Assembly: GCF_964204645.1 (NCBI RefSeq)
Contig: NC_134029.1
Coordinates: forward strand, 16,796,950 to 16,860,949
Direction of reading: 5' to 3'
DNA length: 64,000 bases
Origin: Tubulanus polymorphus
Taxonomy: Eukaryota > Animalia > Nemertea
How positions within the stretch are numbered: position 1 is the first letter of the stretch; each line of letters starts with the position of its first letter. This document shows positions 21,401 to 35,446 of this stretch, in pieces. The translations under genes were made by a program, and so were the position numbers. Under the pieces are notes generated by a model that searched no databases, had not been told where the DNA came from, and saw only the letters and a program-made list of their open reading frames with translations.

Positions 21401-24400
21401 TAGACACATCTTCAGCCCAAAAACCGGCCCTGTCAGAATCAAGATGGTCGACTGGCAGCCATTGTTGTTCGCCAAAATCAGCAATTTTTACACTTTTTTG
21501 AAGTTTTTGAGGGAAATTTTGAAGACGCGTTTATCAATTACCTTGATCTTTCGTTTATATTTGAATCTACCAAGGGCACATCAACATAAAAAAATTGGGT
21601 TGATTGGACTTAAGATGGCCGTCCTATGACCTGTTTAGTGCCCAAGAATGTCAATTTTGGCCGGAATTCTGGGTGCTGTAGCTTCCTACTGGTTTGTCAT
21701 TTCTCATTGCAATTTGTGATGGGTATTCTTTGGAAAGGGATGTTTTATACCTGAGGCAGGTATTTTTGATCAGCCATTATGATGCAATTGGCGGCCATCT
21801 TGCTGTCATCAGTACTCATTGGTAGGTGGGAAAAAGTTTTTCCACATTAAATTTATTACTATAATCCATCGGAAATTAGTAGCCCATAACATGTTCTATG
21901 ATTTTGGTGAGTTTCAAGGTCATTGGTTTTTGTATATGGTCACCAGGGGGCGTTGAATAATACAATAACTTAGCATTTCTATATTATATTTGTACCTGTG
22001 CATATATTGTTACCACTATCAATTGCAACGTTGTAGCTCATGACATCTTCCATGATTTTGGTGAGCTTTAAGGACATTAGTTATTCTATATGGTCACCAG
22101 GGGCGTCGAATAGTAGAATAACTTAGTATTTCCTTTAGATTGGTACCTAGGCATATTTTGTTGCCATGATCAATTGCAGAGTTGTAGTTCATGACATCGT
22201 CTATGATTGTGGTGAGTTTTTAAGGACATTAGTTATTCTATATAGTCACCAGGGGCGTTGAATAGAAGAATAACTTAGTATTTCCTTATTAGATTGGTAC
22301 CTAGGCATAGGCCTATTTTGTTACCATGATCGATTGCAATGTTGTTGTTCATGACATGTACTACAATTGTGGTGAGTTTCAAGGTCATTGGGTTTTGCAT
22401 ATGGTCACCAGGGGGTGTTGAATAGTAGAGTATCACAATCAATTACAAAATCGTATGCTGCTCACATGTTCTATGATTGTGGTGGGTTTCAAGGTCATTG
22501 GTATTTGTATATGGTCACCAGGGGGCGTTATATATTGAGATTGTTAGATTGTTGAGCATTTGAAACCACTTCCCAAGTGGGCATGGTGTCCCTAGACCCC
22601 TAATTACTTTTTCTCTCTGTATCAAAATTTGCTGTTGTACCACCTGAGATACACAATAGATTTTTTTCCTCAACATATAACCTATGTTTCTTGACTAAAT
22701 GCCTCTCAGAGATGCTCAGAAAGCTCTATTATGATGGTAAAATTTCAAAAAGTTTGCTGATACGCCTTCCCGCCAAATTAAGAATATATGCCCTTTTTAT
22801 TGTCGACATGGTAACAACATGCCCCTGGATCCGCCCCTGCATGTCATAGCCTTAGTGCAACAGCACAGGAAATTCTTGGAATTTTCATATTCACAGGAAT
22901 CAATGAGAGAGAGTTCCGTAGCAGTGGCAGATTTGCTACGGGTTTACTGGTACTACTTCATCAGTGATGCAATAGATATTAGTTTCAAGGGTTATTTGCT
23001 AATAGATATATTGATTTGAATAGTTTAGCTACCTGAAATTCATTTCGCACACATTAGTGTTTAATATCGATGAAAAAAAAAACATGTTTAGGCCTATGAG
23101 TATGTATGTGACAACCTGTCCACCCAAGAAATCTTGGGTGGTGTAATAATGAAGGAACTGTAGCCAGGGTTTATGTTGGTGTGAGCTTTGGCGGTAGGCT
23201 ATAAAACCATGGCAAGTGAGGATGCACATGGTTAGCAGGTCTGCTTTTGTTCGTGCAGTTGGATGTTCTTACTACAGCGGATTCTTGGCTCAACTTTGCA
23301 TAGGTGGCTTGTTTTGACAGAACATTTTCATGAAAAATTTCTATGCTTGAGGGGGATACTCAGAACAGCCCTGCTTTTAGGCAAATTTATGAAAATATTA
23401 CAACATTATTGACAATACTAATGGAATCTAGGATTAGTACTTCATGAATGGTGAAAGGTTGACAGCTCTGATATTCATTAGTACCTATCGAATTATTTGA
23501 TCAATTTCAAGGTTGTAGCTCATGACACATTCTATAATTCTTATGAGTTTCAAAGTCATTGGTTTCTAAATTTGTTCACCAGGGCCCAGTTTCATATACT
23601 AATCTGAACATTCCTAACCATTTTGAAATTGGCTATTTATCACCACCATGTTTCTCATTGTTACTGTGCTTGAGTAACAAGGTTGAGGATCTCCTTTGAG
23701 GATAAATTTGATACCCAGTCTATGAAATCAGGCTCGGGGGAGATTCTATATTGAATTTCGCTAAGTGTCGCTGGGCTGAACGAAAGAATTACTGCATGCT
23801 TTCCGTGCAATGTTTCGTTCCATAATTTCATTAATAACCACTTGATCTACCTTTATTCAGTATCAATTCGTTCAGTAAGGATTTTTCGCTAAATGTGTTT
23901 TTATTTGCATTATTTGCATTACACCAGCGTATTCTAGGAAAACAATGGCAGATAGATGAAAACAAAAACCAGTTCACGTGAATTCATAGTTTATTTCTGA
24001 ATGCAAAATCCTTACTGAACAAATTGATGCATAATATGCGGAGATCGACTGATTACTAATGAGATTACGGATCAAAATATTGCACAGAGAGCATATGTAA
24101 CAGACAGTAGATTGTTTTAGAACAATTTCATGGTCAAGTCAAACACACCAGTGGTGCTAGAAGTCTTTATTTAATTAATCACAGCAGAGGAAACACAGCA
24201 AGTTGTTGCCGGTTTATGTTTCTTGATTGAATCGTTTTTTGGATAATTAACTGTGTTTTTATCTCTTGATTTTTAGGTTGAAATTCAGGAAGATGCTCTC
24301 CTGAATTCAAACGTCATTGAACAGTTAGTGTTGAACGTTGATGAAGAAACTTGGAAGAAATGGAGAGAAAAGCGTTCTAATCAGACATTGACTACGACTA

Positions 24401-27400
24401 ATCAAAATGGTACGGGTATAACCAATTTGTCGCGAGGAATGGGACCATTCAATAGGATCCAGTTCTCAGTTAACCTACTTGAGTTAACCCAGTGAAAATC
24501 AACTGTTCTCGAAAGCTATGTCTAACTCTAATTCACATCTGTGGGTTCAGGCTCCTGGGGCTGGTTCCTTAGTCAAGACTTAAGACCAAAAGTGGTCTGT
24601 TAGATTGGCTATAGAACTAAATTGGTCTTAGAATGGTCTTAAGTCCAAGCCCTCACGGAGTCAGGGAATTCTGACATTTTCTGAATGAAAATCGGGAGAT
24701 CTGAAACAGACCTCAGTAATTTTTCTGAGGCTTTGTGCTTCACAGCTGTCTCTTTGAATTTCTGGAAAATAGCAAAGTTAGAGAGAAACAATTTGACAAG
24801 TATGGTCCGTGTCTAATTAGAGAGTGTGGCACTGGCTTAACACATTCATGTGATCTTCGCTAATGTCTCTGTTTTTATGCCGGTGACAATGGCACATTGA
24901 GCCTCAGTGAGGAAACAGCCCTTACCGATGACATCTTTTATAATTGAATCGAGGAATTTTTAGTCGGGAGTCAGGGAAAAGTCAGATTTGCGTCACAAGT
25001 TGGGGCGTAGGTCGGTTGTGACACGATTGTCAACGACTGTGTGTGACTATTTGCTCCCAGTCGCAAGAGCGCGTAGGTCGGTTGCGACAGTCGCCGAAAG
25101 TAGAACATGTGCGACTCATTGCGACTGGCTTTGCTGGCAGTCGCAACCCGTCGCTGGCAGTTGCAAGGTAGCGTAGGTTGGTTGGTCGCTGCAACGCGAT
25201 CGTTGCTGCCGGTAAAAATGAGTTGCAAAGTTGCAAGACCGACCTACGCCCCGCTTAAGAACCCTGTTGCTGCGTGTACGAATGCGTGTGTTTACCATTA
25301 AGTTATGGGTGAAAAATTGATTTGATTAATGAATTCAATATGAAATTGTGTAAATCTGTTTTCCACGTATTTGGGTTGCGCTTCATAGTGCCAGTCATTT
25401 AGGCGCCATTATCATTTTAAAGGAACACAAACTTAATGATTGCGTTATAATCACACCCGCCTGGTATCATTAATGAACTTAAAGTTATCACAGTGCCACA
25501 AACTTACCGTAAAAACCGGCGTATAAGTCTACGCGGCGTATAAGTGGAGGTCGATTTTTAGACCTACATTTTATGATTTTAACATATATCCGGCTTATAA
25601 GTCGAGTCCCGTCTCTTAGAAGAATAATTACTAGTATCATTGTATTGAATAGTTTGTTTTGATAACGATGTGTGCCTTCATGCACGCGGCCACATGTCAG
25701 CCTGATTGCTGCTGTGTGTTAATCAATAGACTGTTACACACACTCAGGTATAATACACTACCATACAGTGATACAGTAGTGTGAGTCACATGCTATATAT
25801 AGCCTAATGTATTAAGCGCTGCTATGAGCGCGCATATATGAATACATCGTTTTAAATAAAGCTGTGTCAAAATGAAAGAAGTTTTTTTCATTAAATAACT
25901 TTATTTATCATGAATAATTATTCAAACTGTTAAAGCACTGTTATAGTCTTTTTTGTCTGGTAGAATCAATATTTCTTGTGACCTGAAAATACTTCGTAGA
26001 AAACTGTACTCGGCGTATAAGTCGAGGTCAATAATTTAGTGGTAAAATCAAGGGTTAAAAACTCGACTTATACGCCGGTTTTTACGGTATCTGTAATTGA
26101 TCAAATACGGTATATTGGCGCTTTTCACAAATTCGATATCAATTTCATTTTAATCAGTCAAAAACAAGCCTCAGTTAATGCAGATGACTATGAGCATTCA
26201 TAAAACTATGAAGATGCATCATTATAGTAACCACTTAGTCTCTCATTAGTAACTTATCAATATTTGGTGCTGTGTATTATTTTGATGAGAGTTAGTAGGT
26301 CTTACCCTGTCACTGCAGTGGAACTGAATTTTGATAGATTTCTATATGATTCCTACCAATATTAAGGATATTGTTGGTGCTTCATAGACTTCTAGAAATA
26401 TCATACAAGGCACACGTCCCTGGTAAAAAGGACGAGTTGGTTTGTTATGGTTGAATGAACAAACTTTCATCTTTGGCAAAATTTGACCACTGAATATTTT
26501 TTTTTTCTTTTTTTGGTTATGGTTACAGTAGATATGCCACCAGACAGTCATCAAAGATTGTCTATACCGGATTATCAGACTACTATTGATGATGTGATTG
26601 ATAGATTTACGACATCCTCAACTGCATCAGCTGATGGCGAAGTTCTTTTGAATGTTCAACCAGTTGAGGAACATTTAGAAATGCAGTCAGATGACAAAAA
26701 ACGTCCGCTTGATAAATCTGACTGTTTTGGTAAGTTACAATGCAAATGATTATTGAGAATTTAGAGTTTGAATCTTGGATTAAGGTACTGGCACATACCA
26801 GATGGTGCACCAATAGTTATGCATAGTGAAAATTGGTTCAGTATGGATGAAATTTGGACTGGATTTTTAGGCTCCCAAATTCAAATAGGATCAAACAAGT
26901 CATCGAGGAGATGTATAAAATTGCTTTTCCACTAGGTGTATGAAATATACCATATATGAAATATGAAATCTATATAATAGATTTCACCGAAAAATTATTT
27001 ACTGATAATAAAATTTGATTCAAAATTCATTAAAATGTAGAAATTCAAGCAGCACGGTAACTGCAAAACCACTTGCGAACCTGATGAATCCTCACTTGCC
27101 ACGGTAGCGGTGCTGGTACCTCATTGTGGTCGGTGTCTCTTAAGCGTTTAATATGTTTGCCTGTTTCAGGGTCAGACTCACATGAGACACGACCACTATT
27201 TCTTAAACCCGGCGATAATAGGAATGAAAATCAACTGAATTCGTTGAGGCCAGAATCACAAACGATTCGGTGTAGTTTGTGCGAGGAGACGTTCAAAAGT
27301 CGCGTTGCTTTACAAAACCATGAACATGAGCGACATAAACTTGGTGATGACTTCGTTTGTCATTTTTGCCAAAAAATCTTCTCTCGCCGACCGAATTTAA

Positions 27401-28353
27401 AATTGCATTTGAAAACTCACACCGGCGTGAATTTGTTCGCGTGCGACCGTTGTGATAAAAAATTTCCGACTTCGTGTAATTTGAAGCGCCACCTGTTGAC
27501 GCATACGGGTAGTAAACCTTATCAGTGTGCATCGTGCGGAAAGCAATACCGTCAGTTTATCAGTCTTCAGACTCACGAGCGTCAATGCCACACCGGAGAA
27601 CGTCCGTTTATTTGCACCTCGTGTCCAAAAACGTTCACGAGCGCTGCTTATTTGAAAAATCATTCGAAAATTCATTCCGAACCGGATAAAAGCGAAAATG
27701 ATAGAAAAGCGAAATCGAGTGGTTCTAAGAGCGAAGTAGGTTGTAAATTGTGCCCTCGCAAATTCAGTAATCAGAAATATTTAGATATACACACACGGTG
27801 GTTACATCCCGATGTGGCACCGCCTTGCAGGGAAAAAATTCACGAATGCAACGAATGCGGCAAGCGTTATTCACAAAAGGGTCCGTTAATAGTTCACATG
27901 CGACGTCACTCCGACCTGAAACCATTTCTATGCGAAACGTGCGGGAAACGCTTTTACACGAGGAATAACTGTGTGATTCACGCTCGTTCGCATTCGGGGG
28001 AACAGCCCTATAAATGCGACGAATGCTCGAAACTTTTCAGCAGTTCTTACAATTTACAACGTCATAAACTGCTCCACTCTGGATTGAAGCCGTATTCGTG
28101 TAAACTCTGCGATCGTTCCTTTACGCAAGCGAGTAATTTGAAGACTCACCTGAAAACTCATTCTAAAGATGAGTTTTCCGGCGTAAAAATCTCGACGTCA
28201 ACGGTACCCAGTAGCAGGGAGGATGATATCGTTAATCGATTGTTGTTCGAAGCTTGGAATCCGTTGAATTTTCAACAGAATCCAATTATTTTAACTTCTC
28301 ATCAACTCGATGTTTTATCTGATTCACAACTCAATCCGACAGATTCTGTTTAA
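18490..28353 (+). CDS. C2H2 zinc-finger protein, 5 coding exons (18490-18511, 20815-20981, 24277-24409, 26529-26729, 27170-28353), 10 fingers
   Basis: GT-AG junctions with consistent phases (1,0,1,1) give MGSRQYMVDVTEKS...HIK|VEIQED...QNVDMPP...DCFGSDSHE followed by ten CxxC-x12-H fingers with TGEKP-like linkers. Confidence 0.8.
21255..22605 (+). mobile_element. Non-autonomous Helentron/HINE-like element with internal ~155-bp tandem array
   Basis: T-run then GCCCACTTGGGA; inverted TCCCAAGTGGGC near the 3' end; about 4.5 copies of a ~155-bp unit at 21880-22530; fragments recur near 23510, 44030, 45400. Confidence 0.6.
25003..25259. mobile_element. Palindromic MITE remnant (Harbinger-like)
   Basis: GGGCGTAGGTCGGT ... 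ACCGACCTACGCCC with internal GTCGCA/TGCGAC repeats. Confidence 0.5.
25507..26087. mobile_element. Tc1/mariner-pogo type MITE
   Basis: TIR CCGTAAAAACCGGCGTATAAGTC / GACTTATACGCCGGTTTTTACGG flanked by TA on both sides. Confidence 0.85.
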
Positions 28354-29858
28354 TTTGGCGTCAGTTACACAGTAGTTGGTTAAACTGGACATCTAACTGA
28401 CGTACCCTGAGGTGATGATTAAAACTGGATTGTAACCTTACCATGGTATTGATCAAATAGTTAAAGATCTAGTAATGTTTAAATAGTTACAATATTAATT
28501 GATAGTGATTAATTACATTACGATCTTAATTTATGTAATAATAATTATCTGTATTGAGTGATGGATAAATTAACTATTTATGATTCAAAAGTGTTGAATT
28601 TGAAGGAATTTTTACATCGTGTAGTTCATCTGATACTTATAAAGATGGCGCTGATGATGACATAATAGGGCTATATACTGAATTCATGTCAGGGTACCCA
28701 AAGTTTTAGTTATCCCTGTTTATCTGGATCTTTTTATGCATAGTACACGTACATACTTCAGTATGCGGTAAATGTCTCTTTTAAGAGGCATGGGAAACTC
28801 TACTGACTATTTTAAAGATCAAAAGCTTGATTTGTCATTTGATATGATCTCATTCAATAGTTAACTAACCTATATACCAAGAGAAATGTTTTTTTTTTAA
28901 CACTGAACTTGAATAAATATCAGGGGCCAGTTGCTCAAAATTTGGTTCAAGTTACTCATAGGATAGTTGATAGGCCTATAGTAGTGACAAATAAACTTAA
29001 CCAACAAACTTAAACAACCAGCAAATGACCCTGATTGTTAACGCGGGTTGCCCTAGCAGGCTTTTGCGTTTATTTTTTGCCCATCCGCCTGTTGATCCAA
29101 AGACATAATCCAGTTACTTAAAAAAGTTTCGAAGATGCTTCAATTGATTGTCATGATATTTGGAATGTATCAACCCTAGACACATCTGCAGCCCAAAAAT
29201 GGCACTATCAGAATTGAGGCATGTGCTGTTTGCCAATAATGAAGTGTTCATAAATTACGTGCGCAATATCCAGGTAGGGAGTATAAGCCATTAGTGTACA
29301 AGCTGCATTCAAGCAGGTTGCAAAATGAAAGAGTACATGCGCATGTTTTTCACAAAACAAAAAATATTCCATTGACACAAAGAACAAAGTAAATGTAGTT
29401 ATGTCATCTTTTTTTAAATTGTTAGTCGTGTCTTACATCGGATAACCCCCTCGGTAATCATGCCGGCAGATTGCCTAGTGTTCTACTATTCAAGGACATT
29501 TTACTCAGTTCAATAAAAGGACAAATAGGTTTTTCATAAACTATTATTTTGATGAATTTCATGCATGATTTTGTGAAATGAAGAAAAAATTTCCAGTGAA
29601 TACATGAATTTTATAGATCTTTGTGAATGTGAATTTGACAAAAAAATCTGCGTGATTTTGTGAATCTGTTTGCTTTATTCCATGAATCGTGAATTTCTCG
29701 GAAAGCAACAATTCAATAAGGTCGGGGATAAAGAAGTTTCCAGTTTCTAGGAACCATTTTGTGGCGTTCCCTCGAGTTCCCCATTGTTGCGATTATTTGC
29801 GCTCATTTTTAAAACATAAGTTTTGATTGAATATCATAAAGCTATGCAGTCCCTCCTT

Positions 29859-30740
29859 CAGAGATGCTAGTTTTCCGGAAATATCCGGAATTCCGGAAAT
29901 TTAGGATCGCCGATGTCAATTCCGGAAATTTGGTGAGAATCCCTCGCGGCGACCAGTAATGGCATGGACCGTAAAAGCGTTCGTTTGCTTGTACTCGTCG
30001 TCGCTTCTGTGTTATTTTATCTTGGTCTCCGTTTCCGAGGATGTTCTGCTACAATGTATATATGTGTGCTTGTGGTGGTATCTGTGCGTGCGTAGGTGGA
30101 GCGCCACTGTTGTGACGCCATTTCCAATTATCTTTACGCGCCGTTGTACATCGTCCCGCTGACGGCCAACAATGTGAAGATGCACGTGGTAATAATTAAG
30201 ATGATATTTAATAAATATCATCTTAATTATTACCATGCGCGTGCTATGTCCTGAGGCACGCAGCTTTGTAACTTTCTTTTTGCCTGCAGCTGTCAAGCGG
30301 GACGGTCTGCAAAATGAGCACGCACGGAAAGATTGTCAGTCGGGAGTCGGCCGATATAAAGGCAATTGACAGCGGTATAAAAAATGAATTTAACTGGCAC
30401 TGGCTAGAGTGTAAGGACAGTAACGGGGACTACTTATCGAACTACATTCGTAAGTTAGACTTAGCTGGCGTGGCGTACTGCGTCGTTTGTAAAGACCAGG
30501 TCAAATACAGTAGTGGCGGGAAAAAAGATATTCTTCGTCACCCGGATAGCGCGCGGCATAAGAAGGCAGCGAGGGATGTGAAGCACAACGAATGCCTGCC
30601 GTCGTATTTTCAGATGAAAGATGCCGATCGTGATACTGCATCTCCGGTGATGCAAAAACGCAAAATTTTTCCTGGGGGAGAATTTTTCTGACCCCCCGTT
30701 CTAATTCCGGAATTTTGGTACTTTGGCCCTAGCATCTCTG
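29859..30740 (+). mobile_element. Internally deleted hAT-like DNA transposon
   Basis: 12-bp TIR CAGAGATGCTAG/CTAGCATCTCTG, CTCCTT duplicated on both flanks, subterminal TTCCGGAA repeats, truncated transposase ORF 30314-30691 with BED-like finger (AYCVVC...DILRHPDSARH). Confidence 0.8.
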
Positions 30741-31210
30741 CTCCTTTGATTAACTTAATTTGTAGACCTTTTTAACTCTTTCAGTGAATTTATTCAAATT
30801 CTTGCATGAAAATGTGAATTTATACCCCCTATTGCCCCCCCTGCCCCTAGGCCTATAATCACAAAAATATTTGGCTGCTCCGTGACTTTGATTGTGCCTA
30901 AAAAGGTCATTTTTTGTCTGAATTCTCAGGCTTTTGGCTCTTTTAAAACCCAGTTTCAAGGATTGTTGGTTACTGTAGTGTATTAGTTCACCAGGGGGTA
31001 CTGAAAATGGAAATTGTCAAGCATTTTGTGATCCATGGTGTCCCTGGCCCCTTTTTGTCATATCCACCTGCTCTTAAAAAATTCCAGCTGTGGCCTGCAT
31101 CCTAGCCTGAAAAATGAATCCTGATTTGAAATGTTGATCTTTTTCAATGGAGCACAATAAAGATTTAACTGGGTGCCATATGATTTAAAGTTTTTTTTTC
31201 TATATTTCAG

Positions 31211-32247
31211 ATAAAGATGATGAAGAAAGTGTGCATGTTTCAAAAAAGCGTCGAAATGAATCTGTGAATCAGCGTGAAAATCAGTTCATTTCGAATCAAT
31301 CCGAAAATGATTCCCTCATGAGATCTATTATTAAACGGGTTCGAGCTGGAAAATCGGACATCGCCACTGATGATGCCGACGATTTTGTCTGTCAGACATG
31401 CAGTAAATCTTTCGCCTTTCGCACTGATTTAGAAGAACACGAATCGAGCTGTCGGGACTGCTTTACCTGTGAAGATTGCGGTAAACTGTACAAAACAGCG
31501 AAATCTCTATCGTTTCATCAGCGAATTCATCGGGGCGAAGGATTTCAATGCAAGGAATGCGATAAAGTATTCCCGCGTCGGGAATATTTAAAAGATCACA
31601 TGCGGATACACACGGGAGAAGTACCGTATAAGTGTAGCGAGTGTTCGGCTATGTTTCGATCACGCAGCCATAGAACGAAACACATGCGTACGAAACACTC
31701 GAACGAGAAACCGTACGTCTGCAAGGTGTGCAACAAGGCGTTCATCGCATTGTACATGCTGAAATCGCATTTCGTCTCGCATACGCAAGTGAAAAAGTAT
31801 CGCTGCGAAATTTGTAACCAGACATTCGGATTGGTCGAGAATATACGACGACACATGAAGATCGTTCACGCCAAGGCTCGCGAACACAAATGTCCCAATT
31901 GCCATCGTTCGTTTCAGTTTAATTATTTGCTTAATAAACACGTGAACGATTGCCATGGAATTAAAACCGAGGAATCTGTGGCCGCAATAGGTGATGATGA
32001 ATCGATGGATGTACCGTTGCGAGTCCGGTGTCCGAGAATTATTGCTCGGCCGGATAAATCGCGGTCCGAGCGTAGGTTGGAACCGAAGCCCCTGCAGCTT
32101 GTCGTTAATGACCCGGATATGATTCTAGAATCGGTTGACAATGTCAACAAAAACCAAGCTTTGTATTTGATTCAGATGCCGGATGGACAATTACAGGTTT
32201 CAGCTACTGAAGATACTGATGATTCACAGAAATTCCTCATCGCTTAA
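31211..32247 (+). CDS. Second C2H2 zinc-finger terminal exon (7 fingers), phase-1 acceptor
   Basis: Polypyrimidine tract and TTTCAG acceptor at 31210; open frame to TAA 32247; HTGEVPYKC linker. Confidence 0.8.
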
Positions 32248-33259
32248 GTTATTGAGTTAAGTAATTGAATTGTAAACCAGAATAGGGAATTCTCAATTAT
32301 CCTCCCTATTGGCGGATAAATGTGGATAGCTGATGATGAACTAAATTTTTCTAATTGGGATTTCAAAATTCTGATCTTGGGTGGGCAATTGTGAGTTACT
32401 GTATTGCAAGTTTTGAATATTTCCTGTTATGTCGTCCAATTTGTCAAGTTTTTTTGAAATAAATTCATATGTAAGGTTTGTTCAAAACTCATGAATTTTT
32501 TGTTCAATTCTTTTTTTTAAAATTCTTCAGACACCATAGCTTGACCACTAATTTTTATTGGTAAGCCTAAGCTCATCATCGGATAGAGCTCATTGTTCGT
32601 CGAAATGTCTGATTGTGATCTTACAGGCGGGTAGAGCCCATGGTTCCCACAGTACAGGAAAACTGGGAAAAAATTGGGAATTTTGAAATAATTATTCCCC
32701 AGTTTGGAAATATTTGGGAATTTGAAATGTTTTTGTCAAATCAGGGAAATATTTGGGAAATTCACCTACATTTCACATGTTGCATTTGCCAAGGGCATTT
32801 GCTCAATTTCTCTAGAGAATCGCATTTATCAACCAGTCACCTCTAAAATGTTGACTAGCATGATGATATCTGTTCATGTCCATTTGGGAAATTGAAAAAT
32901 CGCTCATGAAACACCCCTTTGGAAAAATCTGGGAATTTGGAATTCATTTAGCTGTGGTAACTATGAGAGATGAGCCAAAGTTTGATATTGGATTTCATTT
33001 GGCTTTTAAATTTACTTCTTGGCTATCTGACTTAACTTTCCTTTGCGGTAATGAGACGTGATGTACGAATTCTCCATGAATGCTTAATATTGTCTTTGGA
33101 TTTTGTGTAAATACTTAGTGAATGAACCCTAGTTTGGTGTTCTAAAGATTTAGAATCCTAAATCACCATAAGCTGGGCTTTTGACACCATTGACTCTAAA
33201 TTGTCTGGGATCAACTTTTGCGGGATATTTCTCTTTTGAACGCATGCGTCAATTTGGCA

Positions 33260-34164
33260 CAGCAGACTCCGCTCAACTCGAATTCATTGGGACCAGAAAA
33301 TATCATCGAGTTTAAAGCGTAATTTGAGATGGGGTTTTGACGAATTTTGTAAAAAAAATCATTGGAAATTGAACCTCAATGAAACATTCGATCCTACATG
33401 GCTTGTATTACCGTAGTGAACCTTTTAATAAGTGAACGGGCAACGGGCAGTTAATTTTCGGGTATTTATGATCACTAACCAAGCTGGAGATTGTGGACTA
33501 GCCTACAAATGACTGAATGTCTCCATGAGGTTGCCTAGTGACCATGGGGATGGAAGGAAGAATGAACATCTAAGCTTCATGTAACTTCTACATATTTAAC
33601 AAAAACAACATCTTCCTGCCATCTAACTTAGCAGGACAACGTTGAATAATACACAGGGATTCTTCTGAATATTGCTTCAACAACCACGATCTTCCCTAAG
33701 AAAATCTGTGAGTGTTTAAAAAGTGGAATCTTTAATCTGTGGGAAATCATCCAAGCAACTTAAGGCTGGCTTATGTCGACAAGCAACGCGACGCCTACCG
33801 ACGCAACTGGGTTTATCGCCGATTAGCGGCAACTAGCGGCCTACGAGAGGCCGCCAGTTGCTCCTCAATCGGTTCGACATAAGCCAGCTTGCGACGGCAA
33901 CGCGACGCCTACCGACGCCTACCGACTCGTCGCAAGCCGTATCCGGCTAGTCGCCCATGTTCTTCTCCGGCCCATGATGAAAGAAGAAGTTTTACTGTAA
34001 AACTTTTGGTCAAAAAAAAGTTCGAGTTGAACGAATTCGAGTTGAGCAATAAGAGTGAATTGAAATGTATGGTAACATCGGGGACGGAAAAAAAACTTTG
34101 AACATTTGCTGAGTTGAACGGATTTTCGACTTCGTAGGATTCGAGTTGAGAGTAGTCTTACTGT
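33260..34164. mobile_element. Degenerate Tc1/mariner-type MITE with nested inserts
   Basis: CAGCAGACTCCGCTCAACTCGAA ... TTCGAGTTGAGAGTAGTCTTACTG imperfect TIRs. Confidence 0.45.
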
Positions 34165-35446
34165 ATTACGATCAGTGAAATTGCAGTCTAACTACGGTCA
34201 ATCTCTAAATTCGTCGTCGGTAAATTCACGACGTACCTAGTTCGTATTAAAATGAAACTTTTTCCTTCGTTTAATTCCCTTTAATTTCTATCGGACAATT
34301 CGTAAATCATAGCCACGGTCCCTTTTCTTCCCGTAATTGTATTCGATTGAACATCCACCTGGCATCGGCAAGGATCAATTCTCGTCAGTCATTGCCACTG
34401 AGCCGTGCCCTAAACAATGAATGGCCTTGGTAGCCTACGCTGCGTTTGTTCCAATGCCAGTGGAAAACATTTGCAACTTTCATTCGTACTTTATTCGAAT
34501 CAAATCGCTAATTCTACGAATTACGTAACTAATAGAAAATACGAATTACGTCAGTCCGTACAATTCGCAGAAAATCACCATGGTCCTAAGAGATTGTATC
34601 ATCCATTACACAAGGATTGCTGATAAGCTTGTTAAACTCATTAAGAATGAATCCATACTACGACTACGTTCCATTATGCCGGGGCCCACTGTTTACTTAA
34701 AGTAGTTGACATATTCTTGTCCCAAAAGGCATGGGAGCCAATAAAGGGAACTTATCGCCCACTATCGCTGACACCGGAAGTGCAAACCTAGGAAATATTA
34801 GAATCGTTCATTTTCAAAGTTTTCGCCGCGGTGGCCCGGATGCATGGCTCAGTAAGTAGCCTACTATACACACTACACTTTCGGGCACTACCCCAGTAGG
34901 CATTTTTACGTTTTCATTACGTCCTTAAAACATCCAAACCAGACGTTGGATTTCGAGTAAAAAATGAAAGTTTTCTCGACGTCATTTAAGACGTCTTTTT
35001 CTTTCGTCAAAATTACGTCAATTTCTTGACGTCCTCCATACGGCATCAAAGTGACGTAATCCAGACTTAATTCCATCTTGACGTCCCATTGACGTCTTTA
35101 CCTTACATCCGAAAACAATGTCAGTTAGAATTCGTCCTGAACAAGATGATCAACAAGAATAACACGGTTTTTTCATTTACCTAGGGTTAGTCGTTTGTAT
35201 TTGTACACGACCAACTTTTATTAACGAATGTTTAAAGCTTCCATTTGAATAGTTCAAAATATGCATGTCAAAAATACAGCACTTGTTTTCACCCTGAGTT
35301 GGTTTCTACACCTCTTTTCCTGTCTGGCGGGCGACCCTCAGTCCTTGCTTCAACTAATCAGCTTTTCTAAATGTTTCCTATAAGTCCCTGCAGCCTGGAA
35401 TGGAAAGAATGAAGGAATAAAATATGTCAACCTAGGATAAGAAGAG

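Noticed and set aside
21880-22530. Regular repeats here and at 43120-43900 as CRISPR arrays
   Set aside because: Whole units repeat with no unique spacers, no cas genes, and the context is eukaryotic introns.
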